A stretch of 64,000 bases of DNA from Minisyncoccota bacterium (GCA_965216295.1 OZ244141.1:161819-225818); one strand, 5' to 3'. Shown: positions 7,991 through 18,929, counted from the first letter of the stretch. Made by a program: numbers and translations. The notes: generated by a model from the letters alone, not told the origin.

Positions 7991-10771
7991 ATGACCCTCG
8001 CGTCACTTCGTATTGTTCTTCCCTTTACCTTGCTCTGTATGCTCTTCATTCCTCTTGTGCAAGGACAAGAGATAGCGTCTTGTGAGGATGGAGAATTCTT
8101 GACTCTCAAAGAGACAGGGCTTGAGTGCTCAGTACTTCCTGATAGTGGAGGATCCTCACTTGCCACTCCTGATAAAAACTGTCCTGATGACCAATTGTTA
8201 AGTTATGGTGGTACTGGTTGGGTATGTATCAGTTTTCCTAATCCTCCTGCCCCTCCCACACTTTCTGATTTTGTGGATATTGGTAAAACTGTTGGTGGTG
8301 GTATTTGTAAGTCAGACGAGTTCCTTCAACTTGCTGTCGTTGAGAGTGAGTTGAAATTGCAGTGTGCTAAACCACCAGTTCGAAAATCAGGGATTCCAGA
8401 AGGCGGTAATGCAGGACAGGTGTTGACGAAATCAGCTGAACTTGAATCTGTTTGGGCAGATGTTGAAACACCAGATCCTATTTTCACTGGATATGATTTG
8501 TTTCACCTTCTTGAAGTTGAAAAAATATACACTGACCTTTCTTCATTCTCAGCAAGTGATGTATCTTTGGTAGATGGTAATACTAGAATAAATCTTAATG
8601 ACGCTAGAGAAGTCAATATAGACAATTGGTTAGTCGTGAAAGAAGCGGGTGAGAATAATGATGCGGCAGTGAAGCGGGGAAATGTAGCGAAAGTAATCAG
8701 TAGAGGCGGAGGGCGTGTCTATCAGAGTTATTTTGCGGACTTTGATGCCTACAACGGTGCATATGCATATGTTCGACGTGATGATTCTGCCATTGGTCAG
8801 TTAACAACACAAAGAGGAGTGGTTGTAACAGGAATTGAGTTTATGGGTAGTGTGCCAGATGAAAATGTTTTTATTCTTGATGTAAAACCAGGGTATATAC
8901 CATCAAATGTATCTATAATTCAAGTAATACTCTCAGCCCCTGGTGTTACCAGCCGATATTTTAATATGAATAGGTCTGGCAATCGTTTTAAAGAAAGCAT
9001 TGCAAGATTCGGTAAGGAATTTATTAAAAACAATAACGATAAGGACATTGCTATTGAAATAAGTTACAATTGTAATTGTATAGAAATAAGGGGAGATTTT
9101 TTGTCTCAAATAAAAAGTCAAGACAACGTTGCCCTAATAGAAATTGGTGCTGGAGTTGATGAGAATGTTGGAACAACGGAGGGCATCAACCACAGCCAAC
9201 TCTCTTTTCTTCCAGCTGAAAGAACATATACTAACTTCCCTTCATTTTCAAGCGTGTCTTCAACAAAAAATGGTAACACAAGAATATACACCACTGACAT
9301 CGCAGCATTTGATGTCAATGATTGGGTGGTGGTAAAGAAAACAGGTGAGAGCGGTGATTCAGCAATAAAGCGGAGAAACGTGACGAGAGTGGTTTATAAA
9401 GGAAAAACTACCCTTCAAAACTATTCTGCAAAATTTATTTTGAATGCTCTTGGGAATTACAGGTATTCACAAATCGAAAACCAAGGTGCGCTAAACAAGA
9501 ATGCAACGAGTGCAACGGAGTATGGAATATCAGAAGAAAGTGTTTTTTACCTTGGTATGTATAATGACCTTTTTGACATTCGATTAAACGGAGGTTCTGG
9601 TTACTTACCTGAAAGCGTAAAACTGCTTCATGTTATTCTTTCAACATCTTCTACCAATTTTGTAGAATTTGATGTGGCGTATGATAGCACCACAGAAAGT
9701 AGGCGCAGATTTATAGAAGCTGGCACACAGCTGGGCGATCAGTTTATTGAAGCAAACAACCAAGGACGTATTTTCGTTCAACTGTCATATGATTGTGTCT
9801 GTGTGGAACTAGAAGGAAACTATGCGTCTCAGATTAAAAATAAAAATAATGCTGCCTTTATAGAAACTAAAATTAGTAACAGTGCTTTAAAAAATCCCCT
9901 CCCAGGTGATGGTGTTGAAGGACAAGTACTGACAAAAACAGCAGAGAGTTTTGCTTGGGCAGGGGGTGGAGACTATGTTCCCAATGATGGTATTGAGGGA
10001 CAAGTACTGACAAAGACAGCAGATGGTTTTGCTTGGGCAGGAGCTGGTTTCACTGGTTACGACTTACTCTCCCTTATCCTGGTTGGAAAAAGATCTATTA
10101 GTTTCCCTTCATTTTCAACGAATGATGTATCTTTGACGGGTAGTAATACCAAAATAAATGTTGGTGATACGATAGAGTTTAACGAAGGTGACTGGGTGGT
10201 GATTAAACAATCAGGTGAGAGTAACGAGGAAGCAATGAAGCGAGGGAGTGTGACGAGGGTGAGGTTTGGTAATGTGAGAACTACCCTCCAAAACTATTCT
10301 GTTGATTTTGATTATGACAGTTGGTACGGTAGTTATACATATAATCGACATTCATTTTGGCATAGCGGCACATTAAATAAGGATGCAACAAGTGCAACAG
10401 AGTATGGAACAACAGACGCAGAGGTTGTATATATGGGTATTAGTGCTAACACCAATCCTTTCTTTACTTTTTGGACTAAACAGGGATATGTACCATCAGA
10501 CGTATCTAGTATTCATGTCACCCTCTCAACATCTTCCACCAACTCTGTGTCACTTATGATGACCAAGGGTCGTGATTATAAGGGATACAAAATTTTTGGA
10601 GATAGAACAAGCGGATTATCAGAATCGGTGGCTAAAGCGTTTATTAAAGCAAATGAGCGAAAACGTATCTTTGTTGAAATGACGTATATTTGTAGTGGTT
10701 GTGTAGAAATAGCAGGAGATTACACATCTGAAATACAAAACCAAAACAATGTCACTCTTATTAAGCAGTAA
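7991..10771 (+). CDS. Large secreted fibre/adhesin-like protein with Cys motifs and three internal ~220-aa repeats
   Basis: Signal peptide, three CxxxE/QxL...C motifs, three GQVLTK motifs and a repeated domain (DWVVVK.GE...KR..V ... YxCxCxE). Confidence 0.6.
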   Translation: MTLASLRIVLPFTLLCMLFIPLVQGQEIASCEDGEFLTLKETGLECSVLPDSGGSSLATPDKNCPDDQLLSYGGTGWVCISFPNPPAPPTLSDFVDIGKTVGGGICKSDEFLQLAVVESELKLQCAKPPVRKSGIPEGGNAGQVLTKSAELESVWADVETPDPIFTGYDLFHLLEVEKIYTDLSSFSASDVSLVDGNTRINLNDAREVNIDNWLVVKEAGENNDAAVKRGNVAKVISRGGGRVYQSYFADFDAYNGAYAYVRRDDSAIGQLTTQRGVVVTGIEFMGSVPDENVFILDVKPGYIPSNVSIIQVILSAPGVTSRYFNMNRSGNRFKESIARFGKEFIKNNNDKDIAIEISYNCNCIEIRGDFLSQIKSQDNVALIEIGAGVDENVGTTEGINHSQLSFLPAERTYTNFPSFSSVSSTKNGNTRIYTTDIAAFDVNDWVVVKKTGESGDSAIKRRNVTRVVYKGKTTLQNYSAKFILNALGNYRYSQIENQGALNKNATSATEYGISEESVFYLGMYNDLFDIRLNGGSGYLPESVKLLHVILSTSSTNFVEFDVAYDSTTESRRRFIEAGTQLGDQFIEANNQGRIFVQLSYDCVCVELEGNYASQIKNKNNAAFIETKISNSALKNPLPGDGVEGQVLTKTAESFAWAGGGDYVPNDGIEGQVLTKTADGFAWAGAGFTGYDLLSLILVGKRSISFPSFSTNDVSLTGSNTKINVGDTIEFNEGDWVVIKQSGESNEEAMKRGSVTRVRFGNVRTTLQNYSVDFDYDSWYGSYTYNRHSFWHSGTLNKDATSATEYGTTDAEVVYMGISANTNPFFTFWTKQGYVPSDVSSIHVTLSTSSTNSVSLMMTKGRDYKGYKIFGDRTSGLSESVAKAFIKANERKRIFVEMTYICSGCVEIAGDYTSEIQNQNNVTLIKQ

Positions 10772-10842
10772 ATAGAATTTAATTCAAACACATTTCACAT
10801 CACAGCGTACGATTCATATATCTAAACAAACACAAAGAATTA

Positions 10843-10870
10843 GACTTTCTCATCAATGAGAGAGTCATTT
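10843..10870. terminator. Hairpin terminator between the convergent 7991-10771 gene and rpmB
   Basis: gactttctca-tcaa-tgagagagtc followed by atttt. Confidence 0.55.
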
Positions 10871-10888
10871 ATTTGAATTTATACAACA

Positions 10889-11131
10889 CTAAAGTATGTT
10901 TGCACGACGGAGTGTTTTTCCAATCCCTCGCTTCTTTAATGTACGCAATCCTTTTGCTGAAACAGATACACGAACCGTCTTTCCTAACTCTGGTACAAAG
11001 AAACGTTTCTTTTGTATGTTTGGCTGTCGTCTCGTTTTACCGGTTGGGTTAAATTGTGTCGCACGGGTCTTGTTGCTGTAACCACCACCCATACGAGAGG
11101 TTTTTCCTGAGATAGGGCATAACTTTGTCAT
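10889..11131 (-). CDS. rpmB: 50S ribosomal protein L28
   Basis: MTKLCPISGK...YSNKTRATQFNPTGKTRRQPNIQKKRF...VSAKGLRTL. Confidence 0.92.
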   Translation of the reverse strand: MTKLCPISGKTSRMGGGYSNKTRATQFNPTGKTRRQPNIQKKRFFVPELGKTVRVSVSAKGLRTLKKRGIGKTLRRANIL

Positions 11132-11185
11132 ATGTGACGATAGTAGCATGGGAGGTTGGTATTGGTAAAGGGGTATACTAGTTTT

Positions 11186-11260
11186 ATGAGTTCACTTGAG
11201 GTGCTTGTGGTACTAGTTATATTTTTCCTTGCTCTGATGGCTTGGATGAAAGGTGAGTAG
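11186..11260 (+). CDS. Putative 24-aa single-TM micropeptide (MSSLEVLVVLVIFFLALMAWMKGE)
   Basis: Not in the ORF track. ATG lies 6 nt after TATACT and the product has a hydrophobic core. Confidence 0.4.
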   Translation: MSSLEVLVVLVIFFLALMAWMKGE

Positions 11261-11308
11261 TCACTGTTATACACTATTTCGGTAGAGTGTTGGGATTATA
11301 GGTGCACA

Positions 11309-12052
11309 ATGCAAATATATATGGATTCTTCACTATCTCGCGCTCTCGTTATCCCACTCCTTATCGTTGCTGCGACGGTAACGATTGTGGTTGGACAACA
11401 GGGATTTGGTGGGGAGATTCAAGCGTGTGAGGATCGGCAGTACTTAACGCTTCGTGAAGGCGGTCTTGAGTGTCGTGACGGCTCAGAGTTAGTGTCACCA
11501 GCACCATCGGCACCTTCAACACCAACACCAACACCTTCAACACCAACACCTTCAACGCCATCAGCACCACCATCAACGGTTTGTAATCCAGGGGAATTTT
11601 TGACTGTGGTGGGAAGTGCTGAGTTACCTGAAATTCGTTGCAAGAAAATTGATGCGGTAGAGAGTGGTATTTTTCCTAGTGGTGGTACTGCAGGACAGAT
11701 ACTCAAGAGGGACATAACAAATACAGCTATTGTCTGGACAGAGGATAATATTGGTGACCAACGCCCAACACGATTAATAACTGAATTAATATACAGCGGT
11801 GATGGTTCTGGACAGAAGGATTTAAAACGAGGTAAGAATTTTAATAACTATGTCAGCATCCTTATTGTCGGCAAAAAAACCATAAGTTGGATACCGATAG
11901 AGGTGTGGCGATCAGGGCAAATGGTTGAGTGGTATAGGTCTGATGCATGGCATAGCTGGGCAAAAATAGTAGATGGTAATACTTTTGATAACGGTGGTCA
12001 TAGTAGATCTTCTCGTGTAAGAAAGATATACGGCACAAAACTCGTACCGTAG
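11309..12052 (+). CDS. Secreted protein sharing the Cys-motif N-terminus with 7991-10771; Pro/Ser/Thr linker
   Basis: EIQACEDRQYLTLREGGLEC vs EIASCEDGEFLTLKETGLEC; PSGGTAGQILK vs PEGGNAGQVLTK. Confidence 0.65.
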   Translation: MQIYMDSSLSRALVIPLLIVAATVTIVVGQQGFGGEIQACEDRQYLTLREGGLECRDGSELVSPAPSAPSTPTPTPSTPTPSTPSAPPSTVCNPGEFLTVVGSAELPEIRCKKIDAVESGIFPSGGTAGQILKRDITNTAIVWTEDNIGDQRPTRLITELIYSGDGSGQKDLKRGKNFNNYVSILIVGKKTISWIPIEVWRSGQMVEWYRSDAWHSWAKIVDGNTFDNGGHSRSSRVRKIYGTKLVP

Positions 12053-12099
12053 TGTCTTTCTGACTATAAACACATCGTAACTGATGGTATAGTGACAGT

Positions 12100-12741
12100 A
12101 TGTTTGAGATATTTTTTATCCTTATCATCCTCATCATTTCCATCATTATCCATGAAGTAGCACATGGATATGCCGCATACGCTCTCGGTGATCCAACGGC
12201 AAGAGATGCAGGACGACTCACATTAAATCCAATACCACACACCGATCTATTAGGGTCTATTGTTGTTCCAGGAGCACTGTTGCTCCTCCAGAGCAGTATT
12301 CTTTTTGGCTGGGCGAAACCAGTACCCTACAATCCGTATAACTTGAAGTATGGACGGTACGGCGAGGCGTTCGTTGCCGCTGCAGGATCACTCACTAACA
12401 TTGCCCTTGCTGTTTTCTTTGGACTGTTAGTGCGATTTGGTGGCAGTTTTTTTCCTGAAGCAGCACTACAGATTTTCTTAATCATCGCATTTGTCAATCT
12501 TTTCTTGGGACTATTAAACCTCATCCCCCTCCCTATGCTCGATGGGGCAAAGGTGGTAGCAGCACTTGCTCCTGTCTCGTGGCGTGCATGGGGTGATAAG
12601 TTGCTTGCCCCCATAACACAACACCCATTCCTGAGTCTTTTGATTGTTTTTCTAATTCTCATACTCTTATTAGAGTCATTTGCAAAGTTGGTCTACATAC
12701 TCACTTCCCTCATTACTGGTTCAGCGCCACCATCTTTGTAA
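12100..12741 (+). CDS. Site-2 protease family (M50) membrane metalloprotease
   Basis: HEVAH, GDPTA..AGRLTLNP and NLIPLPMLDG. Confidence 0.92.
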   Translation: MFEIFFILIILIISIIIHEVAHGYAAYALGDPTARDAGRLTLNPIPHTDLLGSIVVPGALLLLQSSILFGWAKPVPYNPYNLKYGRYGEAFVAAAGSLTNIALAVFFGLLVRFGGSFFPEAALQIFLIIAFVNLFLGLLNLIPLPMLDGAKVVAALAPVSWRAWGDKLLAPITQHPFLSLLIVFLILILLLESFAKLVYILTSLITGSAPPSL

Positions 12742-12791
12742 ACCAACACCCATTGCACCGTAGTATCACAATGTGGTAGCGTGTTTACTGT

Positions 12792-13202
12792 ATGCCAACA
12801 GTTAATCAACTCATCAAGAGCGGTAGGAAACATCGTCAAAAAAAGACACGGACGACAGCGCTCCGCTCTGGTTTCAGTACACTGACGAATCGCGCCACTC
12901 ACTATTGCTCACCATTCAAACGAGGGGTTTGCACCAAGGTAACAACTACGACACCACGAAAGCCAAACTCTGCGGTGAGAAAGATTGCCCGTGTGCGACT
13001 CACGAACGGTATAGAGGTGACAGCGTATATTCCAGGAGAGGGACACAACCTCCAAGAACACTCAGTTGTTTTGGTACGAGGTGGTCGAGTGAAAGACATT
13101 GGAGTAAACTACACTATCGTTCGTGGCCCATTAAACACAGAAGCTGTTGAAGGCAGAAAGCAGGGACGCAGTCGCTACGGTACGAAGCAAGAAAAGAAAT
13201 AA
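12792..13202 (+). CDS. rpsL: 30S ribosomal protein S12
   Basis: [17 protein letters not shown] and [10 protein letters not shown]. Confidence 0.98.
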   Translation: MPTVNQLIKSGRKHRQKKTRTTALRSGFSTLTNRATHYCSPFKRGVCTKVTTTTPRKPNSAVRKIARVRLTNGIEVTAYIPGEGHNLQEHSVVLVRGGRVKDIGVNYTIVRGPLNTEAVEGRKQGRSRYGTKQEKK

Positions 13203-13209
13203 TATATAT

Positions 13210-13677
13210 ATGAGACGACCAGTAAAAAAGAAACACATTGTCGAAGCAGATGAGAAGTACGGTTCAGTGAAGGTTGGAAAACTCATCAATTACACGATGG
13301 AGCGAGGAAAGAAGGCTGTTGCACAGGGTATTATCTACGATGCATTCAAAGAGATTGAGCGTATTGAAAAACGAGACCCTATGATAGTGTTTGAAGAAGC
13401 ACTCCAGAACGTTGGTCCATTAATGGAACTTCGATCTCGGCGTGTCGGTGGTGCAAACTACCAAATACCAACTGAAGTGACACCCACGAGGCGACTTGTC
13501 TTGGCACTTCGATGGATACTTGGTGCTGCAAAAGGGAGAAGTGGTGCTCCAATGTATAAACACTTAGCACAAGAATTAATTGAGGCAAGTAAAAATGAAG
13601 GGGCAGCGGTAGTCCGTCGTGAAAACACCCAGAAGATGGCAGAGGCAAACCGAGCATTCGCTCACCTCTCATGGTAG
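13210..13677 (+). CDS. rpsG: 30S ribosomal protein S7
   Basis: SRRVGGANYQIP and MAEANRAFAH; start at ATG 13210. Confidence 0.97.
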   Translation: MRRPVKKKHIVEADEKYGSVKVGKLINYTMERGKKAVAQGIIYDAFKEIERIEKRDPMIVFEEALQNVGPLMELRSRRVGGANYQIPTEVTPTRRLVLALRWILGAAKGRSGAPMYKHLAQELIEASKNEGAAVVRRENTQKMAEANRAFAHLSW

Positions 13678-15853
13678 TTACCCCGTTCGTCGTTTGATAA
13701 CTTCTTCAGCGACAGATTTTGGTACCTCCATATAACAAGCAAACTCCATTGTTGATGTTCCACGACCACCGGTGATAGAGCGAAGGTGTGTTGTGTATCC
13801 GAAGATCTCTGCAAGAGGCACTTTTGCATCAATCACTTTCAAAGAACCACGATCTTCTACACCTTCAACTTGCCCTCGTCGTGAGAGAAGGTCACCATTG
13901 ACATCACCCAAGAACTCATCAGGAATGACTACCTCAATTTTCATAATAGGTTCAAGAAGCGTTGGTTGTGCTTTCTTTGCCGCATCCTGGAATGCTTGTG
14001 ACGCTGCAATTTTAAATGCAATTTCTGAAGAGTCAACATCGTGATACGAACCATCGTAGAGGTTGATGGCAACGTTCACTATTTGATATCCAGCAACAAC
14101 ACCACGAGAGAGTGCTTCACGAACTCCTTTCTCAACAGCTGGAATATACTCTTGAGGAATGACACCTCCTTTAATACTATTGGTAAACTTAAAGCCATGA
14201 TTGTATTTCACATTTTTTGGAAGCGCTTTGATTTCTGCTTCAGAGAGTGGTTGTTGCGGAGAGACGGTGAGCTTCACGTGCCCATACTGTCCACGACCTC
14301 CTGTTTGTTTAATATATTTTACTTCTGATCCAGCTTCTCTCTTAATTGTTTCGCGATAGGCAACCTGTGGTTTCCCAACGTTTGCTTCAACATGAAACTC
14401 TCGTTTCATACGTTCAATTAATACTTCAAGGTGTAGTTCACCCATACCAGCAATGATGGTATCAGCGGTTTCCTGATCAGTTCGTATTCGGAAGGTAGGG
14501 TCTTCGTTTGAGAGTCGTCCCAGAGCAATACCCATCTTTTCCTGGTCAGCCTTGGTTTTTGGTTCAATACGCAACTGTATCACTGGTTCAGGGAACACAA
14601 TCTTTTCTAGAATAATTGGCGCATCTTCCGCACAGAGCGTGTCAGATGTTTTTACCCCCTTCAGACCAACCCCTGCCACAATCTCTCCAGCGTAGGCAAT
14701 CTTCACCTCTTCTCGATCATTAGCATGGAGACGGACGAGACGACCAAGTCGTTCTTTGTCACCAGTACTTGCGTTGTATATATAAGAACCGGCACTCACG
14801 GTTCCTGAATAGATACGGAAGAATGCTAATTGCCCAACAAAAGGGTCGTTCTGAAGTTTAAAGACCAAGGCCGAAAACGGCTCTTCATCAGACGCTTTTC
14901 GCTCAACAGGAGTATCAGTATCTTTTGGATGAACACCACGAACAGGTGGTATGTCTGTCGGTGCTGGAAGGTAATCAATCACAGCATCAAGAACGGGTTG
15001 CACACCAACATTTTTCAAAGCAGAACCGACAAGGACAGGGAAAAACTTATTCGCCAACGTTCCTTTACGGATTGCCACTTTCAATGTTTCTCCTGAAACC
15101 TCTGTGCCCTCAAGATACTTCTCAGCGATACTGTCATCAAGGTCAGAGACTGCCTCTAGCAGGTGCCCACGAGCCTCTTGTGCTTCTTTTTTCAATGATT
15201 CTGGTATTGCCTCCTCTCGCATCTGTTCTCCCTTCTCACCATCAAAATACACCGCACGCATGGCGACAAGATCAATAACACCTTCTAAAGAATCTTCAAT
15301 GCCAATTGGTAGTTGTATGCAACACGCTTTCTTGGAAAGCCGTTCAATGATACTAGCAAACGACGTTGTAAAGTTTGCACCAGTACGATCGAGTTTGTTG
15401 ATAAAGCAGACACGGGGCACATGGTATTTATCTGCTTGTCGCCAGACAGTCTCAGACTGTGGTTCAACACCAGCAACACCATCAAAGACCACGACACCAC
15501 CATCAAGGACTTTTAAGGAGCGTTCTACCTCAGCGGTGAAGTCAACGTGTCCTGGTGTATCAATAATATTGAGGCGGTGAATGTTATCTGTGTCACTTTT
15601 GTGGTAGCTAGGTGTCCAAAAACACGTTGTGGCAGCAGAAGTAATCGTGATACCACGCTCTCGTTCTTGATCCATCCAGTCCATTGTTGCCTCTCCTTCA
15701 TGAACCTCGCCAATTTTGTGAGACACTCCTGTGTAATAGAGTACTCGTTCAGAGGTCGTTGTTTTTCCTGCATCAATGTGCGCAATAATACCAATGTTAC
15801 GCACTCTCTCTAACGGATAGTCACGGGTTACCATACAAACAACACACTACCAT
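13671..15853. repeat. 8-bp inverted repeat ATGGTAGT (13671-13678) / ACTACCAT (15846-15853) bracketing fusA
   Basis: Exact reverse complements at both ends of the inverted fusA. Confidence 0.7.
13678..15834 (-). CDS. fusA: Elongation factor G, inverted relative to rpsL-rpsG-tuf
   Basis: [29 protein letters not shown] and GMGELHL; full length 718 aa. Confidence 0.98.
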   Translation of the reverse strand: MVTRDYPLERVRNIGIIAHIDAGKTTTSERVLYYTGVSHKIGEVHEGEATMDWMDQERERGITITSAATTCFWTPSYHKSDTDNIHRLNIIDTPGHVDFTAEVERSLKVLDGGVVVFDGVAGVEPQSETVWRQADKYHVPRVCFINKLDRTGANFTTSFASIIERLSKKACCIQLPIGIEDSLEGVIDLVAMRAVYFDGEKGEQMREEAIPESLKKEAQEARGHLLEAVSDLDDSIAEKYLEGTEVSGETLKVAIRKGTLANKFFPVLVGSALKNVGVQPVLDAVIDYLPAPTDIPPVRGVHPKDTDTPVERKASDEEPFSALVFKLQNDPFVGQLAFFRIYSGTVSAGSYIYNASTGDKERLGRLVRLHANDREEVKIAYAGEIVAGVGLKGVKTSDTLCAEDAPIILEKIVFPEPVIQLRIEPKTKADQEKMGIALGRLSNEDPTFRIRTDQETADTIIAGMGELHLEVLIERMKREFHVEANVGKPQVAYRETIKREAGSEVKYIKQTGGRGQYGHVKLTVSPQQPLSEAEIKALPKNVKYNHGFKFTNSIKGGVIPQEYIPAVEKGVREALSRGVVAGYQIVNVAINLYDGSYHDVDSSEIAFKIAASQAFQDAAKKAQPTLLEPIMKIEVVIPDEFLGDVNGDLLSRRGQVEGVEDRGSLKVIDAKVPLAEIFGYTTHLRSITGGRGTSTMEFACYMEVPKSVAEEVIKRRTG

Positions 15854-15911
15854 ATTGACAGTGACAGTGGTACATCTTCACACAATGCATCATCAGAGCA
15901 CAATGTGTTAC

Positions 15912-15941
15912 TTGACGGATACACACAACACAAGGTACGAT
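15912..15941 (+). promoter_or_regulatory. Putative tuf promoter TTGACG-18-TACGAT
   Basis: Sigma70-like hexamers followed by a ~100-nt leader containing hairpins. Confidence 0.5.
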
Positions 15942-16043
15942 TAACAATGTCGTTTGAACGACATCCTTGCGTGTGGCTCTTTTCTTGTTAAAGAGAAAAT
16001 CCTTGAACGCAAAACATTTTATTACCACTCTATAGAGAAATAT

Positions 16044-17234
16044 ATGGCAGAGATTTTTGATCGCAGCAAACCGCACATTAACGTTGGAACAATTGGTCAC
16101 GTTGATCACGGTAAAACAACGCTTACCGCAGCAATACTCAGTGTATTGAGTAAAACAGATGGCTACAGTGCCAACACGAAAGAAGTGGATGCAATTGATA
16201 ACGCTCCAGAAGAGAAAGCACGCGGTATCACGATTGCACTTTCACACCAAGAATACGAAACACCAAAGCGTCACTACGCACACGTTGATGCTCCTGGTCA
16301 CGCCGATTACATTAAAAACATGATCACCGGAGCGGCACAGATGGATGGTGCTATTATTGTGGTTGCAGCGTCTGACGGTGCTATGCCCCAGACTCGTGAA
16401 CACATCCTTCTTGCACGACAAGTAGGTGTTCCAAACCTCATTGTCTTTATCAATAAGTGTGACATGGTTGATGATAAGGAGATTATTGATTTAGTTGAAG
16501 CAGAGATGCGTGAGCTATTGAGTAAGTATGAATTTGATGGTGAGAAAGCTCCTATCATCAAAGGATCTGCCTTGAAAGCACTCGAAGATCCAAGTGGTGA
16601 GTACGGTAAGAGTATCGTTGAATTGGTTGACGCTATGGACACATACTTCCCTGAACCAAAACGTGAAGTTGAAAAGCCATTCCTCATGCCTATCGAAGAC
16701 ATCTTCTCTATTGAAGGTCGTGGAACAGTTGTCACCGGAAAGATTGAACGAGGTACTGTTAAGGTTGGTGAAGAGATTGAGATTATTGGTATCAAAGATA
16801 CTACCAAAACAACAGTGACTGGTATTGAAATGTTTAACAAGCAATTAGAAGAAGGTATGGCGGGTGATAACGCTGGTGTTCTTCTCCGTGGTGTTAAGAA
16901 AGAAGATATCCATCGTGGGCAGGTTCTTGCAAAACCAGGAACATCGAAACCACATACTGAATTTGAAACAGAGATATATGCACTCTCAAAGGAGGAAGGT
17001 GGCCGTCACAAACCCTTCTTTACTGGGTATAAGCCACAGTTCTACATTCGTACAACTGATGTGACTGGTGAGTTAAAACTCCCAGAAGGTGTTGAAATGG
17101 TGATGCCAGGTGATACCATCAAGGCAAGCATCAAACTCATCAATCCTGTTGCTCTCGAGGAACAGCAACGTTTCGCTATCCGTGAAGGAGGTAAAACCGT
17201 TGGCGCAGGAGTGGTTACCAAAATAATCGCGTAG
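16044..17234 (+). CDS. tuf: Elongation factor Tu
   Basis: [17 protein letters not shown] and DAPGHADY; start at ATG 16044. Confidence 0.99.
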   Translation: MAEIFDRSKPHINVGTIGHVDHGKTTLTAAILSVLSKTDGYSANTKEVDAIDNAPEEKARGITIALSHQEYETPKRHYAHVDAPGHADYIKNMITGAAQMDGAIIVVAASDGAMPQTREHILLARQVGVPNLIVFINKCDMVDDKEIIDLVEAEMRELLSKYEFDGEKAPIIKGSALKALEDPSGEYGKSIVELVDAMDTYFPEPKREVEKPFLMPIEDIFSIEGRGTVVTGKIERGTVKVGEEIEIIGIKDTTKTTVTGIEMFNKQLEEGMAGDNAGVLLRGVKKEDIHRGQVLAKPGTSKPHTEFETEIYALSKEEGGRHKPFFTGYKPQFYIRTTDVTGELKLPEGVEMVMPGDTIKASIKLINPVALEEQQRFAIREGGKTVGAGVVTKIIA

Positions 17235-17252
17235 TATACCAAAACAACACCT

Positions 17253-17603
17253 ATGGCAAAGAAAGCAACAAAGGTGACTGATAAAAAAAGCGATACTGCA
17301 AAACTTCGCATTCGTGTTCAGGCGTACGATCCACGAGTTCTTGATTCTTCAGTACAACAGATTGTTAGCGCTGCAGCACGATTTGAAGCAAAGATTGTTG
17401 GTCCTATACCACTACCAACAAAGATCAAAAAGTATACCGTGAACCGATCTCCGTTTATCTTCAAAGATGCTCGTGAGCAGTTTGAAATGCGGACACACAC
17501 ACGTCTTTTTGACATTGAACAACCATCACAACGAGTGGTGGAAGCACTTTCAACGCTATCACTTCCCGCTGGTGTCTCCATTGAGGCACAGATGGTACTG
17601 TAA
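17253..17603 (+). CDS. rpsJ: 30S ribosomal protein S10
   Basis: GPIPLPT and REQFEMRTHTRL. Confidence 0.97.
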   Translation: MAKKATKVTDKKSDTAKLRIRVQAYDPRVLDSSVQQIVSAAARFEAKIVGPIPLPTKIKKYTVNRSPFIFKDAREQFEMRTHTRLFDIEQPSQRVVEALSTLSLPAGVSIEAQMVL

Positions 17604-17664
17604 CAGCTCTTGAAAAAGCATAGAAAAACAATAGAGAGGGAAAACCCTCTCGTAATTTCTGTAT

Positions 17665-18282
17665 ATGAAATACATTCTTGGAACAAAACTACATATGACA
17701 CAAGTCTTTGATACCGAAGGGGTTGTCCACCCGGTGACGGTTGTTGCTGTAACAGAACCGATTGCGATAACAGCACTTCGTACCAAAGAAAAAGACGGCT
17801 ATGAAGCGGTCCAGGTTGGCTATGGTACTCGTCGAAAAAAAAGAAAGTCTCCTAAGGGAGAAAAAAAAGAAGGTGAGGTAAAAACGACCCATCGCGGTTT
17901 CAAAGAATTCCGAGGAGATAGTAGTGGATGCACCGTCGGTGATACGATAGAAGGATGTCGTGTCTTTCACCCTGGTGACATGGTACGTGTCGTCGCTGTC
18001 TCAAAAGGAAAGGGGTTTCAAGGTGTGGTGAAGCGGTACGGTTTTGGAGGTGGTCCACGAACCCATGGACAGAAGACAAATGAACGTCAACCAGGATCAA
18101 TTGGTTCTGGTCTCCGTTCACGAGTACCAAAAGGACAAAAAATGCCAGGTCGTATGGGTTCAGATCGTGTGACGATTAAAGGGACTCGGGTGATGCAGGT
18201 TGATGAGAAACAAAACGTCCTGCTTCTTCGTGGCTCTATCCCTGGTAGACGAGGTACACTCATTGAAATTCAAAGCGTATGA
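17665..18282 (+). CDS. rplC: 50S ribosomal protein L3
   Basis: DGYEAVQVG, SKGKGFQGVVKR and KMPGRMG. Confidence 0.97.
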   Translation: MKYILGTKLHMTQVFDTEGVVHPVTVVAVTEPIAITALRTKEKDGYEAVQVGYGTRRKKRKSPKGEKKEGEVKTTHRGFKEFRGDSSGCTVGDTIEGCRVFHPGDMVRVVAVSKGKGFQGVVKRYGFGGGPRTHGQKTNERQPGSIGSGLRSRVPKGQKMPGRMGSDRVTIKGTRVMQVDEKQNVLLLRGSIPGRRGTLIEIQSV

Positions 18283-18917
18283 TAGAAGTTCCAATATACA
18301 ATCAAGAAGGAAATAAAGAGGGAATGGTTTCCCTACCAGAGCAGCTCTTTGCACTTCCGAGCAATGATTCTCTTGTGCATCAAGTTGTCGTGTCTCAGCA
18401 GTCAAATCAACGGCGTGGCACCGCACACACGAAGTTTCGCAGTGAGGTTCGTGGTGGTGGTAAAAAGCCATATCGTCAGAAAGGAACAGGTCGTGCACGC
18501 CACGGCTCTATCCGCTCACCACTGTGGGTTGGTGGTGGTGTCACCTTTGGTCCTCGAAATGAAAAGTCATACGCAAAGAAGGTAAACAAGAAGATGCAAA
18601 ACCTCGCACTCTTCACCGTACTATCACAGAAAGTACGAGATAACGGTATTGCTTTTGTTGATACATTCTCTTTTGCAAAACCAAAGACACAAGAAGCACA
18701 CGCCTTTACCACCAAGTGCCCACCAAGCAACACGAGGATCACTCATTGTTGTGTTGCCTGAGAGAAATGAACACGCACAGAAAAGTTTTGCCAATCTTCC
18801 TCGTGTAGAAGTGGTAACAACAGAGAGTCTCTCAACAACACAGCTGCTGCTGCACGACTACTCCTTTTTGCAAATCCAGAGACAACACTTGCAAGTTTAG
18901 AGAAGCGAGCCATATAA
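18279..18917 (+). CDS. rplD: 50S ribosomal protein L4, interrupted by two compensating frameshifts in this sequence
   Basis: The N-terminal frame has GGGKKPYRQKGTGRARHGS. The C-terminal L4 segment (SFANLPRVEVV...LLLHDY) is in the +1 frame, and the tail LLFANPETTLASLEKRAI* returns to the original frame. Confidence 0.85.
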
Positions 18918-18929
18918 TAATAAAGAGGT

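Noticed and set aside
18279-18917. TGA-to-Gly recoding (genetic code 25) explaining rplD
   Set aside because: The read-through frame is not L4-like, while the +1 frame is; other genes (recJ, rplC, rpsQ, infC) end at TGA at the expected positions.
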